Assembly: GCA_965215005.1 (NCBI GenBank)
Contig: CBDCCZ010000038.1
Coordinates: forward strand, 96,001 to 160,000
Reading direction: 5' to 3'
From: Kofleriaceae bacterium
Lineage (GTDB): Bacteria > Myxococcota_A > Polyangia > Haliangiales > Haliangiaceae
Length of the DNA stretch: 64,000 nt
Each line of letters opens with the position of its first letter. The first letter of the stretch is position 1. Positions 12,352 through 26,176 of the stretch are shown here, in pieces. Position numbers and translations under genes: made by a program. The notes under the pieces are model-generated. The model did not search any database. It saw only the letters and a program-made list of their open reading frames with translations, and was not told the origin of the DNA.

Positions 12352-13980
12352 ATGCAGCAGCACGCAGCTCGCTGGCGAGCCGCGCTCGTCGTCATGCTCC
12401 TCTTCTCAGGGGGGGTGGCGCGGGCGCAGGAGAGCGCGCCCGGCGAAGAGCCCGTTCCCGCACCGTCCACCGATCCGGCGCAAATTCCCGCGCCGCCCAC
12501 GGCACCAACGCCACCAACAGCGCCCACGCCGCCCACGGAATCCACGGCTGAGCCGAGAGAGGACGAGGCGCAGGTCGATCCGCTCGACACCGGTTTCGAG
12601 TCACCCGATGATCCTGGCGGCGACGACAGCTTTGGTCCCGGCCCCGGCCCCGATCCGGTCACTCATGCCGATGTCCGGCTAGCGCCGCTTCCTGAGCACG
12701 CCAGCGGCGTTGTCGTAGCTCCGCGGCGTGAGGAGTCGGCGGCCGTGTGGATTCCTCGCGTGCTCCTGTTCGTGCCCAAGTGGACGATTTGGACCGTGGC
12801 GCAGCCGATTCGCGGGGTCGCCTGGCTCTATGACCGCTACGCGCTGAAGCAACGCTTCACCCAGCTCTTCTTCAACGAAGAGGAAACCATTGGCGTCTAT
12901 CCGATTGCGTCGTTCGAGACTGGCTTCGGGCTCAGTCTTGGCGCCCGCTTCGTGCATCGCGATCTGTTTGGCGGTGGCGAGGGGCTCAGCCTGCGCGCCA
13001 GCTACGGCGGTCGCTTCCAGCAGATCTATTCATTTGAGTTCGAGAGTGAAGGGCGCGTCGAGTTTGGTCTCGAGGGCAGCTACGAAGTTCGGCCCAGGGA
13101 GCAGTTCTTCGGCTTTGGCAACTCCGATGAGGTTGCCTACGGCGAGCTCGACATGCTGCCCATCGATCCGGCGGGCGATACCGCGGTGCAGTCGCGATTT
13201 CGTCAGGAGCTGGCGCGGCTCATCACCAGCGCCGACGCGCGGCTGGTTTCTCAGCTCTACTTCAAGCCCAGCGCTGGCATCTATCGGCGCGAGTTTGCGT
13301 CACCTGATGATGCTTCCGTAGCGCCCATAGCGGATGTGTTCGAGACCGCGCAGGTGCCATTCTTCGGCAGCGGAGTCACCAGCGCGTACGGTGAGCTCGA
13401 GCTGCGGTGGGACTCTCGCCACAATCCCAATCGCTATCAAAGCCCCGCCGTACCCACCGCAGGCCAGCTCATCGAAGGCTTTGTGGGGTACGGGCGAGGC
13501 CTCGGCGATGATGACTTCGACTACGTCCGCTATGGATTGGATCTGCAGGCGTACTTCAACCTCTACAAGGATCGCCGGGCACTGGCGCTCCGCGTCTATG
13601 TCGAAGGAGTGACCCCCGAGCGGGATGAGCTGCCATTCGTCGAGCTACCGCGTCTCGGCGGCGACTTACTGCTGCGCGGGTACAACCAGGATCGCTTCCG
13701 TGATCGCGCGCTCACGGTAGCTTCCGCGGAGTATATGTGGGACCTCAGCAGCCGCAACTTCGCAGGGGTCTTGTTCGTCGATACCGGCCGGGTGTGGGAC
13801 AGCCTCGAGGATGTGGCTATCAAAGACTTCCGCACTGGGTTCGGCGTCGGCCTGCAACTTCAAACCGATGAAACCTTTCTTGCGCGCGTACAGGTGGCGT
13901 CGTCGCTTGACGGCGGTGTGTTCGTGCGGGTGGTCTTCGATCCGGCTTTTGACGTGAGAGACCGAATTGAACGGAAGTGA
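12352..13980 (+). CDS. Omp85 (BamA/TamA-like) outer-membrane beta-barrel
   Basis: Signal peptide (ARA-Q), Pro/acidic linker, amphipathic beta strands, loop-6 motif LGGDLLLRGYNQDRFRD, FVDTGRVW and GFGVGL near the C-terminus. Confidence 0.85.
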   Translation: MQQHAARWRAALVVMLLFSGGVARAQESAPGEEPVPAPSTDPAQIPAPPTAPTPPTAPTPPTESTAEPREDEAQVDPLDTGFESPDDPGGDDSFGPGPGPDPVTHADVRLAPLPEHASGVVVAPRREESAAVWIPRVLLFVPKWTIWTVAQPIRGVAWLYDRYALKQRFTQLFFNEEETIGVYPIASFETGFGLSLGARFVHRDLFGGGEGLSLRASYGGRFQQIYSFEFESEGRVEFGLEGSYEVRPREQFFGFGNSDEVAYGELDMLPIDPAGDTAVQSRFRQELARLITSADARLVSQLYFKPSAGIYRREFASPDDASVAPIADVFETAQVPFFGSGVTSAYGELELRWDSRHNPNRYQSPAVPTAGQLIEGFVGYGRGLGDDDFDYVRYGLDLQAYFNLYKDRRALALRVYVEGVTPERDELPFVELPRLGGDLLLRGYNQDRFRDRALTVASAEYMWDLSSRNFAGVLFVDTGRVWDSLEDVAIKDFRTGFGVGLQLQTDETFLARVQVASSLDGGVFVRVVFDPAFDVRDRIERK

Positions 13981-13987
13981 GTTGCGC

Positions 13988-15691
13988 ATGATGGTCTGCA
14001 AGCGTTTGGTCCTGCTGCTATGGCTCACTGCTGGCATGGCAGTCGTGGCATGCGGCTCTTCCTCCGACTCGGTCGTCGGCACGATTCGCTACGCTAATCA
14101 GCCGCCGATCTGGCAGGTCAACGACCGTAAGGACATCCCGAAACCCGCAGAGCGCACCTTCGCCAAAACGCTCTATCACTTCGATGGATTCTTCCTCAAA
14201 GCGGTCACTCGCACGCTCTCGTTTCACGACGCGGGGCGCGCAGCCAACATCAACGCGATGGGCGAGGTACCAGACTCCACTTGGTTCACCAATCGCATCG
14301 GCGTGCGGGACCTTTCTGTAGAGGAGGTTCGTCGCGGCCCCAATATCATCGAGAGCCCCGAGCAGCACAAGCCTTGGAAGATCACTGGCACCAAGGTTGG
14401 CGGGGTGTCGGTTGGCTTCATCATGGAAGATGCGCGCGGCGAGAAGTTCCTGCTCAAGTTCGACACCAAGGGAGCTCCCGAGCTTCAAACCGGAACCGAT
14501 ATCATCGTTCAGCGCATCTTGCATTCTGCTGGCTACAACGTCCCGCAGGATTTCATCGTTTACTTCGAGCGCGACGACGTGAAGCTCGCGGAGGACGCCA
14601 CGGTTGCTGACTTCTTCGGCAACGAGCGGCCGATGAAGGTCGCTGATCTAGACGACAATCTCGCCAAGGTAAACATCGGCAAAGACGGCAGGATTCGCGC
14701 CATCGCCAGCAAGTTTCTCCCAGGGGAGCCGGTGGGTGGGTATCCGCGCGCGGGCCGGCGCGTCGATGATCCCAACGATCCATTTCCGGTCGAGAAGCGA
14801 CGTGAGGTCCGCGGACAGGTGCCGTTCTTCGCGTGGCTACTGCATACCGATGTGAAGGAAGACAACACGCTGGATATGTGGCAAGAGGATCCCGAGGATC
14901 CCAACGTGCACTATCTAGTGCACTATCTAGTCGATTTCGATAAAGCGCTCGGCGCGCTTGGGTACTTAGATCTGCTTCAGCAAGAAGGCTACGCTCACAT
15001 CGTTGACTTCGAATATCTGAGCAAGTCGTTCTTCTCGTTCGGACTCTGGAAGCGGCCATGGGAGGATATTCGGCGGCCGGAGCTTCGAGGAGTGGGGCTC
15101 ATCGAGTCGCAGGAATATCAACCCGGCCTGTACAAGACGCACTCCCCGTACTTCGCGCTAAAGGAAGCCGATCGCTTTGATGGCTTTTGGGCGAGCAAGA
15201 TCCTCATGCGGTTTACGCCGCAGCAGCTTCGCGCCGCGGTCGAGGAAGCTCGATTCAGCGATCCGCGCGCCACCGACTACCTCACGCGCGTGCTCATCGA
15301 GCGCCAGCGCAAGACTGCCGACCACTGGTTCGAGCTGGTCAATCCTCTCGATGCATTCGAGCTCGAGGCCGAAGGCGATAGCTATCGGCTGTGCTTCGAA
15401 GACTTGCTGTTGAAATACGATCTCGACGCAGGTGCCTACGACACCACCTACCGCGCCGCCGCGTATGATTGGACCGGTCGCGCCACCGGCTGGCGCGGAG
15501 CTGCGGAGCCGGGGGCGCACCATCCCCGCACCTGCCTCGGCGGCATCGAGCCGGGGCCCCAGGCCGATGGCTACGTCATCATCGACCTCACCACCCATCG
15601 CGCCGACACCACGTTGCCCCCCACGCAAGTGCATCTGGCTCTCGACCCAGCGACGCGGGCGCTGCGAGTCGTCGGCATCCGTCGGCGCTGA
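13988..15691 (+). CDS. Lipoprotein with atypical (HipA/PI3K-like) kinase motifs
   Basis: Lipobox MAVVA-C; KVGGVSVG...FLLKFD; ILHSAGYNVP; WLLHTDVKEDNTL; YLVDFDKALG. The CDS is solid; kinase function is inferred. Confidence 0.7.
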   Translation: MMVCKRLVLLLWLTAGMAVVACGSSSDSVVGTIRYANQPPIWQVNDRKDIPKPAERTFAKTLYHFDGFFLKAVTRTLSFHDAGRAANINAMGEVPDSTWFTNRIGVRDLSVEEVRRGPNIIESPEQHKPWKITGTKVGGVSVGFIMEDARGEKFLLKFDTKGAPELQTGTDIIVQRILHSAGYNVPQDFIVYFERDDVKLAEDATVADFFGNERPMKVADLDDNLAKVNIGKDGRIRAIASKFLPGEPVGGYPRAGRRVDDPNDPFPVEKRREVRGQVPFFAWLLHTDVKEDNTLDMWQEDPEDPNVHYLVHYLVDFDKALGALGYLDLLQQEGYAHIVDFEYLSKSFFSFGLWKRPWEDIRRPELRGVGLIESQEYQPGLYKTHSPYFALKEADRFDGFWASKILMRFTPQQLRAAVEEARFSDPRATDYLTRVLIERQRKTADHWFELVNPLDAFELEAEGDSYRLCFEDLLLKYDLDAGAYDTTYRAAAYDWTGRATGWRGAAEPGAHHPRTCLGGIEPGPQADGYVIIDLTTHRADTTLPPTQVHLALDPATRALRVVGIRRR

Positions 15692-15802
15692 TGATCACAG
15701 CGCCTCCTGCCTTGCCCTCCGCTTCGACTCCTCTATCGGCGCACCGCTCGTCACTGCGTTGCGACGGCGCCGCGCGTGTAGCGCGACGCCGCCCACGTCG
15801 CG

Positions 15803-16612
15803 TTAGCTATTCTTGTCTTCTTTGGGCTCGACGGTGAGGTTGGGCAGCTCACTGAGGTCGGGCACCAGGATGATTTCGATGCGCCGGTTGCGCTGCTTGT
15901 TGGCAGCGGTGTCGTTGGGGGCGATGGGGTCGAACTCGCCATAGCCGGCGGCTGCAAGGTTGTTCGGGTCCCAACCAGCCTGGATCATGAACTCCACCAC
16001 GTTGACCGCCCGTGCCGATGACAAGTACCAGTTGTTCTTATAGCGGCGACTGCGCAGCGGCACGTTGTCGGTGTGGCCCGCCACCAAGAAGTGGCGGTCT
16101 TTGAACTCCTTGAGCACGTCGAGCACCTCGGCGAGCGCGGTCTTGCCGTCGCCGGACAAATCCGCTTCGCCACTGCCAAAGAGCACCTCGCTCGGCAGCT
16201 CGAGCACCATCTGGCCGTTGCGAAACGAGACCTTGAGCTTGCCGGTATCGACCAGCGCGCGCAGGCGGTCGTTGAGCTTGCGGTAGGACGCCAGCCGCGC
16301 CTCCGCCTTGTCCCGCTGCGCGCGCAGCTCGAGCAGCTCGTCTTCGCCGGCCTGCATCTCGCTCATGAGCGCCAGGATTCGCTGCTCCTTCTCGCGCTCG
16401 GTCTGGGTTTTGGCCCGCTGGGTCGACGACAAACTCTGCTCCAGCTGCGCGATTTGCGCCGCCTTTTGCTCGCGGTCGGCCTGGGTGGAATTCAGCTCAC
16501 CCTGGAGCTGCGCAACCTGATCGAGACATCGCTGATGGGTCTCTTTCTTTACTCCGCAGCCGGCTCCGGCCATGGCGAAGGTCAGAAAGAGGACACCGAG
16601 TGGTTTCTGCAT
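15803..16612 (-). CDS. OmpA/MotB-domain lipoprotein with coiled coil
   Basis: Lipobox AGAG-C; coiled coil; VLFGSG, VAGHTDN, NWYLSSARA, AGYGEFDP, NRRIEI. Confidence 0.92.
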   Translation of the reverse strand: MQKPLGVLFLTFAMAGAGCGVKKETHQRCLDQVAQLQGELNSTQADREQKAAQIAQLEQSLSSTQRAKTQTEREKEQRILALMSEMQAGEDELLELRAQRDKAEARLASYRKLNDRLRALVDTGKLKVSFRNGQMVLELPSEVLFGSGEADLSGDGKTALAEVLDVLKEFKDRHFLVAGHTDNVPLRSRRYKNNWYLSSARAVNVVEFMIQAGWDPNNLAAAGYGEFDPIAPNDTAANKQRNRRIEIILVPDLSELPNLTVEPKEDKNS

Positions 16613-16743
16613 ATCCTAGTTCCTCCAAACGAACGAGTGATGTGTGGGCGACGGTATCGGAAAGGGCGGCGCGGGGAAACGCGGCGCCGTCATCAACACA
16701 AACTTGGTGGCCGATGTAGGATGCCGTAGGATGATGTAAGGTA

Positions 16744-19377
<2,634 letters not shown>

Positions 19378-19383
19378 GCACGC

Positions 19384-20454
19384 GTGGTTGGCGGTATCTG
19401 CGCACGGCGGCTGGCGAAAAGGCGATTGGCCGCGCGGGAGCAATGGCGTCTTTGCGCGGGACGCGCGGGATCCCGGGCTCCTGCCTTTGACATCGGCGCG
19501 CCAGGGCGCGAAACATCGGGGCGTGACCCACATTTCATCCCCCGCGAAGGCATCGACCATGCCGTCTTCGCCGACGTTGCGCCGGGCGATGCGACCGAGC
19601 TGATGCTCACGTTCGCGGCGCCGCTCGAGGACGCGGCACTGGCATCGCTTCAGGGCCTGGTCAATGAGTGGGTCGAGACCTTCGACTGGACCGCGGTTGC
19701 GGGGGGGCGGCCGAGCTTTGCGGTTGATAGCGACGGCCAGTCGCTGCGGCTCGGCTTCATCGGCGTTAGGCATCCGCAGCCGCCAGTGCGCGCGCTGCTC
19801 GAGCGTCTCGCGGCGACCGAGCTCGGGCTTCGCGAGGTGTTCTTTTGCCGGCGAACCGTCGATGACGAAGGCGTGCCGGGCGTCGCGGTTGCCGATCCCT
19901 TGGCTCCTGATGCGTTCGACTACGAGGACAGCGAGCGCTGGTGGGATGCATGCTTCAATCCGACCGTAGCACCGCCGCTGCGCGAAGATGTCGCTGGCAC
20001 CTATGCCGTGCTCGAGGCCAAGGATGGCAGCGTATTGGTCGAACGTCGCGGCATGCCACTGTACTTTCCCGAGGCTCGACTCGCTTACGGCTTGGCCGAC
20101 GCAGCTGACGCCGACGACGTCGATGATAGCGACCGGGCGCGTCGTTCCATCCATGTGCGCGACGCCCTGGTGCGCGGGCTCGAAACCAGCTTTGCCAACC
20201 AGCGACCCACGCTGTTCAATCGCGAAGGCGAGGCCGATGGCGCCATCGACTGCATTGCCCGCGGCGGCCGTCGCGGCTATGCCTTCGCGGTGCTCCGCGA
20301 CGAGATGATGGCGCTCTATCCAAGCACCTTTCGCTATCGCGAATATGAGCTCTTGCACGGCGTGTGTCGCGCCGTCGCTGAGCTCGAGCTCGCCCCGGTC
20401 GTTCACTGGGACCGAGATCGGGTCTATGTCGTGAATATCTGGGAGCCTTCGTGA
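19384..20454 (+). CDS. Hypothetical protein (start uncertain)
   Basis: Long ORF with protein-like composition from about residue 35 onward, between ftsK and lolA. No family motif recognised. Confidence 0.6.
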   Translation: MVGGICARRLAKRRLAAREQWRLCAGRAGSRAPAFDIGAPGRETSGRDPHFIPREGIDHAVFADVAPGDATELMLTFAAPLEDAALASLQGLVNEWVETFDWTAVAGGRPSFAVDSDGQSLRLGFIGVRHPQPPVRALLERLAATELGLREVFFCRRTVDDEGVPGVAVADPLAPDAFDYEDSERWWDACFNPTVAPPLREDVAGTYAVLEAKDGSVLVERRGMPLYFPEARLAYGLADAADADDVDDSDRARRSIHVRDALVRGLETSFANQRPTLFNREGEADGAIDCIARGGRRGYAFAVLRDEMMALYPSTFRYREYELLHGVCRAVAELELAPVVHWDRDRVYVVNIWEPS

Positions 20455-20607
20455 CCGCTCGTTCACACCGGCAGGCGCCCGTCATGTCCGCCGCTAGCTG
20501 CGTAAGCTGCTGTTTTTGAACCTGTATTTATCCTGAATCGATAGAGCTGGTGCGGCGTCAGTATCCGCATACGCTGCGGGCCTCGACCCGCCCCAAGGAG
20601 CGCTTCT

Positions 20608-21474
<867 letters not shown>

Positions 21475-21495
21475 TCCTTAGGCCCGCTGGAGAAG

Positions 21496-21530
21496 AAACG
21501 CCGGCCCGCGATTTTGCAGGCCGGCGCTTT
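21496..21530 (+). terminator. Probable intrinsic terminator after lolA
   Basis: CGCCGGCC-N12-GGCCGGCG stem followed by CTTT. Confidence 0.55.
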
Positions 21531-21561
21531 GCGTTCGAGGCTGCTCTGATAGGCTCAGCGC

Positions 21562-23227
21562 ATGGATTGGTCTCTCGCTCGTCTCGAAGGCTTCTTGGGC
21601 GCTGCGGGGCCGGTGGTCATCGTCGTGCTCGATGGCGTTGGCATCGGCGCCGGCGATGAAGCCGATGCGGTCAAGCTGGCGCGCACTCCCACGCTCGATC
21701 GCCTATGGGTGCCCGGCGCCCGCGCCGCCATCGCCGCGCATGGCACCGCGGTGGGCTTGCCGACCGATGACGACATGGGCAACAGCGAGGTCGGCCACAA
21801 CGCGATAGGAGCCGGCCGGGTCTATGACCAGGGCGCCAAACTGGTCAACGGCGCCATCGCGAGCGGCAAGCTGTTTGACGGCGAAGCGTGGACGCAAATC
21901 GTCGAGCGCTGCGTCAACGCCGGGTCGGCGCTGCACTTCATCGGCTTGCACTCCGATGGCAACGTGCATTCGCACACCGACCAGCTGTATTCGATGTTGC
22001 GAAAGGCGGCGGAGCAGGGCGTGAAGAAGCTCTTCGTCCATGTGCTGACCGATGGTCGCGACGTGCATGAAGGCAGCGCGGTTGCAGTACATCGATGCCA
22101 CCGAGAAGGTGCTCGGCGAGCTCGCCAACGGCGGCGTGACCGCGGCCATTGCATCGGGTGGTGGGCCGGATGTTGGTGACGATGGATCGCTACGGCGCCG
22201 ACTGGGAAATCGTCGAGCGCGGCTGGAAGGCGCACGTGCACGGAGAAGGGCGTGGATTTGCCTCAGCGACCGAGGGCGATCGAGACCTTCCGCGACGAAG
22301 ACGAAGGCATCAGCGATCAATTCCTGCCGCCGTTCGTGGTGGTGCGCGATGGCGAGCCCATCGGCGCGATCAAAGACGGCGACGCGGTCATCAACTTCAA
22401 CTTTCGCGGCGACCGCGCCATCGAAATCAGTCAAGCGTTCGACCTCGATGAGTTTCCGCACTTCGAGCGTGGCCGCCGGCCAAAGGTGCTCTACGCCGGC
22501 ATGATGGAATACGACGGCGATACCCACACGCCGCGGCATTACTTGGTGTCGCCGCCGAACATCGAACGAACCATGGGCGAGTACCTGGCGAGAAACGGCG
22601 TGCCGCAGCTCGCCATCAGCGAGACGCAGAAGTTTGGGCACGTCACCTATTTTTGGAACGGCAATAACAGCGGCAAGTTCGATGACGCTCTCGAGACGTA
22701 CATCGAGATCCCTTCCGACAAGGTGCCGTTCGAGCAGCGGCCGTGGATGAAGGCCGCGGAGATCACCGATCGCTTGATTGCCGAGCTGCAGAGCGGCAAA
22801 TTCCGGCTGGCGCGCGTCAACTACGCCAATGGAGATATGGTCGGCCACAGCGGCCAGCTCGATGCCACCATCGTTGCGCTGGAGGCTATCGATCTACAGC
22901 TGGCGCGGCTGTGTAAGGCGGTGGGCAAGCTCAATGGCGTGGTGCTCATCACGGCAGATCACGGCAACTGCGACGAGATGTTCCAGCGCGGCAAAGGACG
23001 GCCGTGTGCTACGCGACAAAGTCTCGGGTGCGCCTGTGGTAAAGACGAGTCATACCTTGAACCCGGTGCCCCTGATGCTATTTGATCCCAATCGCGGCGA
23101 CCGCTACGTCATCGACGCCGAAGCCGTCGATGCGCCCGGTATCGTCAATGTCGCGGCCACGGCGCTCAACCTGCTCGGGTTCGCTGCTCCGCATGATTTC
23201 TGCCCGTCGCTTCTGAGGTTCTCGTGA
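21562..23227 (+). CDS. gpmI: 2,3-BPG-independent phosphoglycerate mutase, 4 apparent single-base insertions (probably sequencing errors)
   Basis: [82 protein letters not shown] spread across frames. Shifts near 22081, 22164, 22275 and 22996. Confidence 0.93.
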
Positions 23228-23791
23228 ACAAAAGCGCCTTGGTTGGAGGCACCGCGGTCACCGTTGCCCGCCGTCGCCGCTTTCATCCTCATGCAGATGT
23301 ATTCGGTCGATCATCGCGGGGTGCAAAAGGGCATTCCGGCGGCCCGAGCCTGCGACAAGGCCGACGCCGAGTGCCTTCCCAAGCTCACGTTCATGGACGT
23401 GACCGGCGAGGCTTACACTCCCGAGAGTCTTGCCGGCAAAGTGGTCGTGGTGAACTTCTGGGCCACCTGGTGCGGCCCGTGTCGCAGCGAAATTCCCGAC
23501 CTCACCCGCGTCTCGCACGCCCACACCACCGACCTCGTGCTGCTAGGCATTCAAACCGACTGGGCCGGCAAGCCGCACCTCGATGCCTTTGCCGCCGATT
23601 CGGGCCTGGACTACCCGGTGGTGCCCGCCGATCAAGAGATTCTCTCGGCCTTCGGCTATCCGAATGCGCTGCCGACCACCTTCATCTATGACCGCGCCGG
23701 CAACCTGCGCTTCAGCCATCGAGGCCCGCTCAGCAGCGCGGCCTTGGAAGACGCGCTTGCGCCGCTTTTGGCCGAAGTCACTCCGCAGTAG
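23224..23791 (+). CDS. TlpA/ResA-type thioredoxin, one frameshift near 23268
   Basis: VVVVNFWATWCGPCRSEIP, ALPTTFIYDRAG. The N-terminal anchor [15 protein letters not shown] starts at GTG 23224 in another frame. Confidence 0.88.
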
Positions 23792-24120
23792 GGGCCGACG
23801 CTGCGGCTTAGCAGCCCCGCCGCCTTGGGCGACGCAGGTTTGCCGGGTCTTGCCGCACTTTAGCGTGCCCGTCGGCAAACGATTCGGGCAGGATAGGCTC
23901 CTCGAGCGACTCGTGGCGATGGGGCTATCTTCGAACCTTCTGTTGTCGACCCGGCGTGGACAAGCGCCCTCGTGCGTTTTCTCACGGCTCCGGAGTGGGA
24001 CTTCATGTAAGGAAGTAGCCGCTTCGTCCGCCTCCGGCACGAGCTGCGCTTGCCAGCGATGCGACGAGAAGATGTTTGCCACGGGGCGCCACACGCGATG
24101 AACGAGCAAAAGGAACGCTG

Positions 24121-25042
24121 ATGAACGACATGGTTTCGTGTCCTGCTTGCGGCAGTGAGAACCTGCCTTCTTCGATGGGATGCGTCCGTTGCGGCGCGCA
24201 CCTGCACACCCCTGAGGAACCGGTAAATAAGGTCCTGCTCGCGCAGCCGTTTACCGCCGCCGGCGCGGTTGGCTCGGCCGTGCGAGTCACCATGCGAAAC
24301 CTGTGGCGCTTCGTCGGCCTGTTTCTACTGTGTGGCGCGCCGTCGCTCGTACTATTGTTTGCGTTCGGCAGGGGCGATCTTGCTGCTGGGCCTATCGCTA
24401 GTTTCGAGGCGGAAGACCCACTGAGCGGCGGCCCAATGCTTCTGCTCTGCGTGCTCGGAGGCACTTTCACGCTAATTGCCTACGGCGCCATCTTTCACGC
24501 CACGGTGAGAAGTCTTGCGCCACCACTCTGTGCCGATGATGACCAGCGTCCGGGTGGCGTTTCGTCGACTCTTTCCGGTCGTAGGGGTGTGCATTCTGAG
24601 CTACGTGGCGGTCGTGGTCGGCTTCCTCCTGCTGATCATTCCCGGCATTCTGTTGCTGCTGATGCTCTACCCTGTGCTCCCGGTGACGATCTACGAACGT
24701 GGCGGCGTCGCTGCACTACGGAGAAGTGCCCAGCTCACGAAAGGTCACCGCGCGACCATCTTTCTGTTGCTGCTCCTCGCGTTTGCCGCGTCGATCGGAT
24801 TCTCGTTTGCGGCGGGCTTCGTCGCGTATCTAGTATTGTCTGTCGCTGGTGACGTTGCGGGTGTCCTTGCCTATTACGCGTTGGCGCTGATCCCTGGCAT
24901 CGCCTTTTCAATCCTGCCGGCGGTCGTGTATCACCAGCTCACCGCGCTCGAGGACCGACACGCCGCTGGGCCTGCCTCTGGACCCCGTTGCGAGAACCGT
25001 GGCGTAGCTCGATGGCCAACGGCTAACCCGCCGTCGGGTTAG
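24121..25042 (+). CDS. Multi-TM membrane protein with N-terminal zinc ribbon, frameshift near 24515
   Basis: CPACG...CVRCG, then TM segments with GFLLLIIPGI and ALRRSAQLTKG, split across two frames. Confidence 0.65.
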
Positions 25043-25171
25043 CCATGTCGCGGTGTCGCCGCCTCGATGCGGAGGGATGGAAGCCGGCGCGGCGCTCAGT
25101 TCCCTGGCTTCCGCTGCTTAAGACCACGACGTTTAGTCGTAGCCAGCTGTCGCCGCGCTTCCCGCCCGTGC

Positions 25172-26176
25172 CTACAGGAGCGGAGCCAACTCGTCGGCGG
25201 CAGCGAACAGGCCGAAGATGCCGCCGGTGTGAACGAAGACGATGCGCTCTCCGAAGCGACCTCGGTTGCGCGCGAGCTCGCCGAGCATGCCGTGAAACGC
25301 CTTGCCGCTGTACACCGGGTCGAGTACCAGGCCCTCGCGGCGCGCCACGTCGCGCAGCGTCGCAAGCTCTTCGGGCCGCGATAGTGCGTAGCCGCGACCG
25401 ACGTAGCCGTCGATGATGTCCAAACTATTGACCTCCGCAGCAACGCCAAATTGCGCCGCGAAGTCGGCGCAGATGGCGCCAATCACGCGCTGGAAGTAGT
25501 CGCGGTCGTCGCACACGTTGACGCACGCTATGCCGAGCCCGCGGCCGGCGAAATCGAGCATCTGGGCGCCAAGAAGTAGCCCTGCTGCGGTGCCGCCTGA
25601 GCCACAGGCATGCACGATGGTGGTCGGTTTGATCGGTAGCTCCGCAAGCTGTTGCGATAGCTCCTCGGCGCAGCGAACGTAGCCCCAGGAGCCCATCGCG
25701 TTCGACCCGCCCTCGGGAATCACGTACGGCACCTGGCCTCGCTCGCGCATTGCGTGGGCTTCGCTGGCCATGAGCGCATTGCGCTCCGCCCAGTCGGCGC
25801 GCGAAATCCAGCGAATCTCGGCGCCGGCGAGGCGGTCGAGCAGGATATTGGCTCGCGTCGGCGGTGGCTCACTCGGCTCATCTGTGCGCAACAGTAGCCG
25901 CGCCGCGAGCCCCACCCGCGCCGCCGCCAGCGCCGCGGCGCGGCAGTGATTGCTCTGCTCTCCGCCACACGTAATCACCGCCGTCGCCCCTTGGCTGCGC
26001 GCCTCCGCGAGCAGGAACTCGAGCTTGCGCACCTTGTTCCCGGACAGCTCCGCTCCGGTCAAGTCGTCGCGCTTGACGTAGAGCTCCACACCTAGCTCTG
26101 CGCCGGTGCGCTCGAGGCGCTCGAGCGGGGTCGGCACGTTTGCAAGGCATAGGCGATCGGGATAGCGCAGCTCCAC
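25172..26176 (-). CDS. D-cysteine desulfhydrase / ACC deaminase family PLP enzyme
   Basis: [53 protein letters not shown]. Confidence 0.93.
   Translation of the reverse strand: MELRYPDRLCLANVPTPLERLERTGAELGVELYVKRDDLTGAELSGNKVRKLEFLLAEARSQGATAVITCGGEQSNHCRAAALAAARVGLAARLLLRTDEPSEPPPTRANILLDRLAGAEIRWISRADWAERNALMASEAHAMRERGQVPYVIPEGGSNAMGSWGYVRCAEELSQQLAELPIKPTTIVHACGSGGTAAGLLLGAQMLDFAGRGLGIACVNVCDDRDYFQRVIGAICADFAAQFGVAAEVNSLDIIDGYVGRGYALSRPEELATLRDVARREGLVLDPVYSGKAFHGMLGELARNRGRFGERIVFVHTGGIFGLFAAADELAPLL

Noticed and set aside
15803..16612. MotB flagellar stator
   Set aside because: It has a lipobox rather than the MotB TM with conserved Asp, and there is no motA nearby.
21562..23227. gpmI as a genuine pseudogene or programmed frameshift
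   Set aside because: Motifs are intact, all lesions are +1 insertions in short runs, and the two neighbouring genes show the same defect, so sequencing error is more parsimonious.
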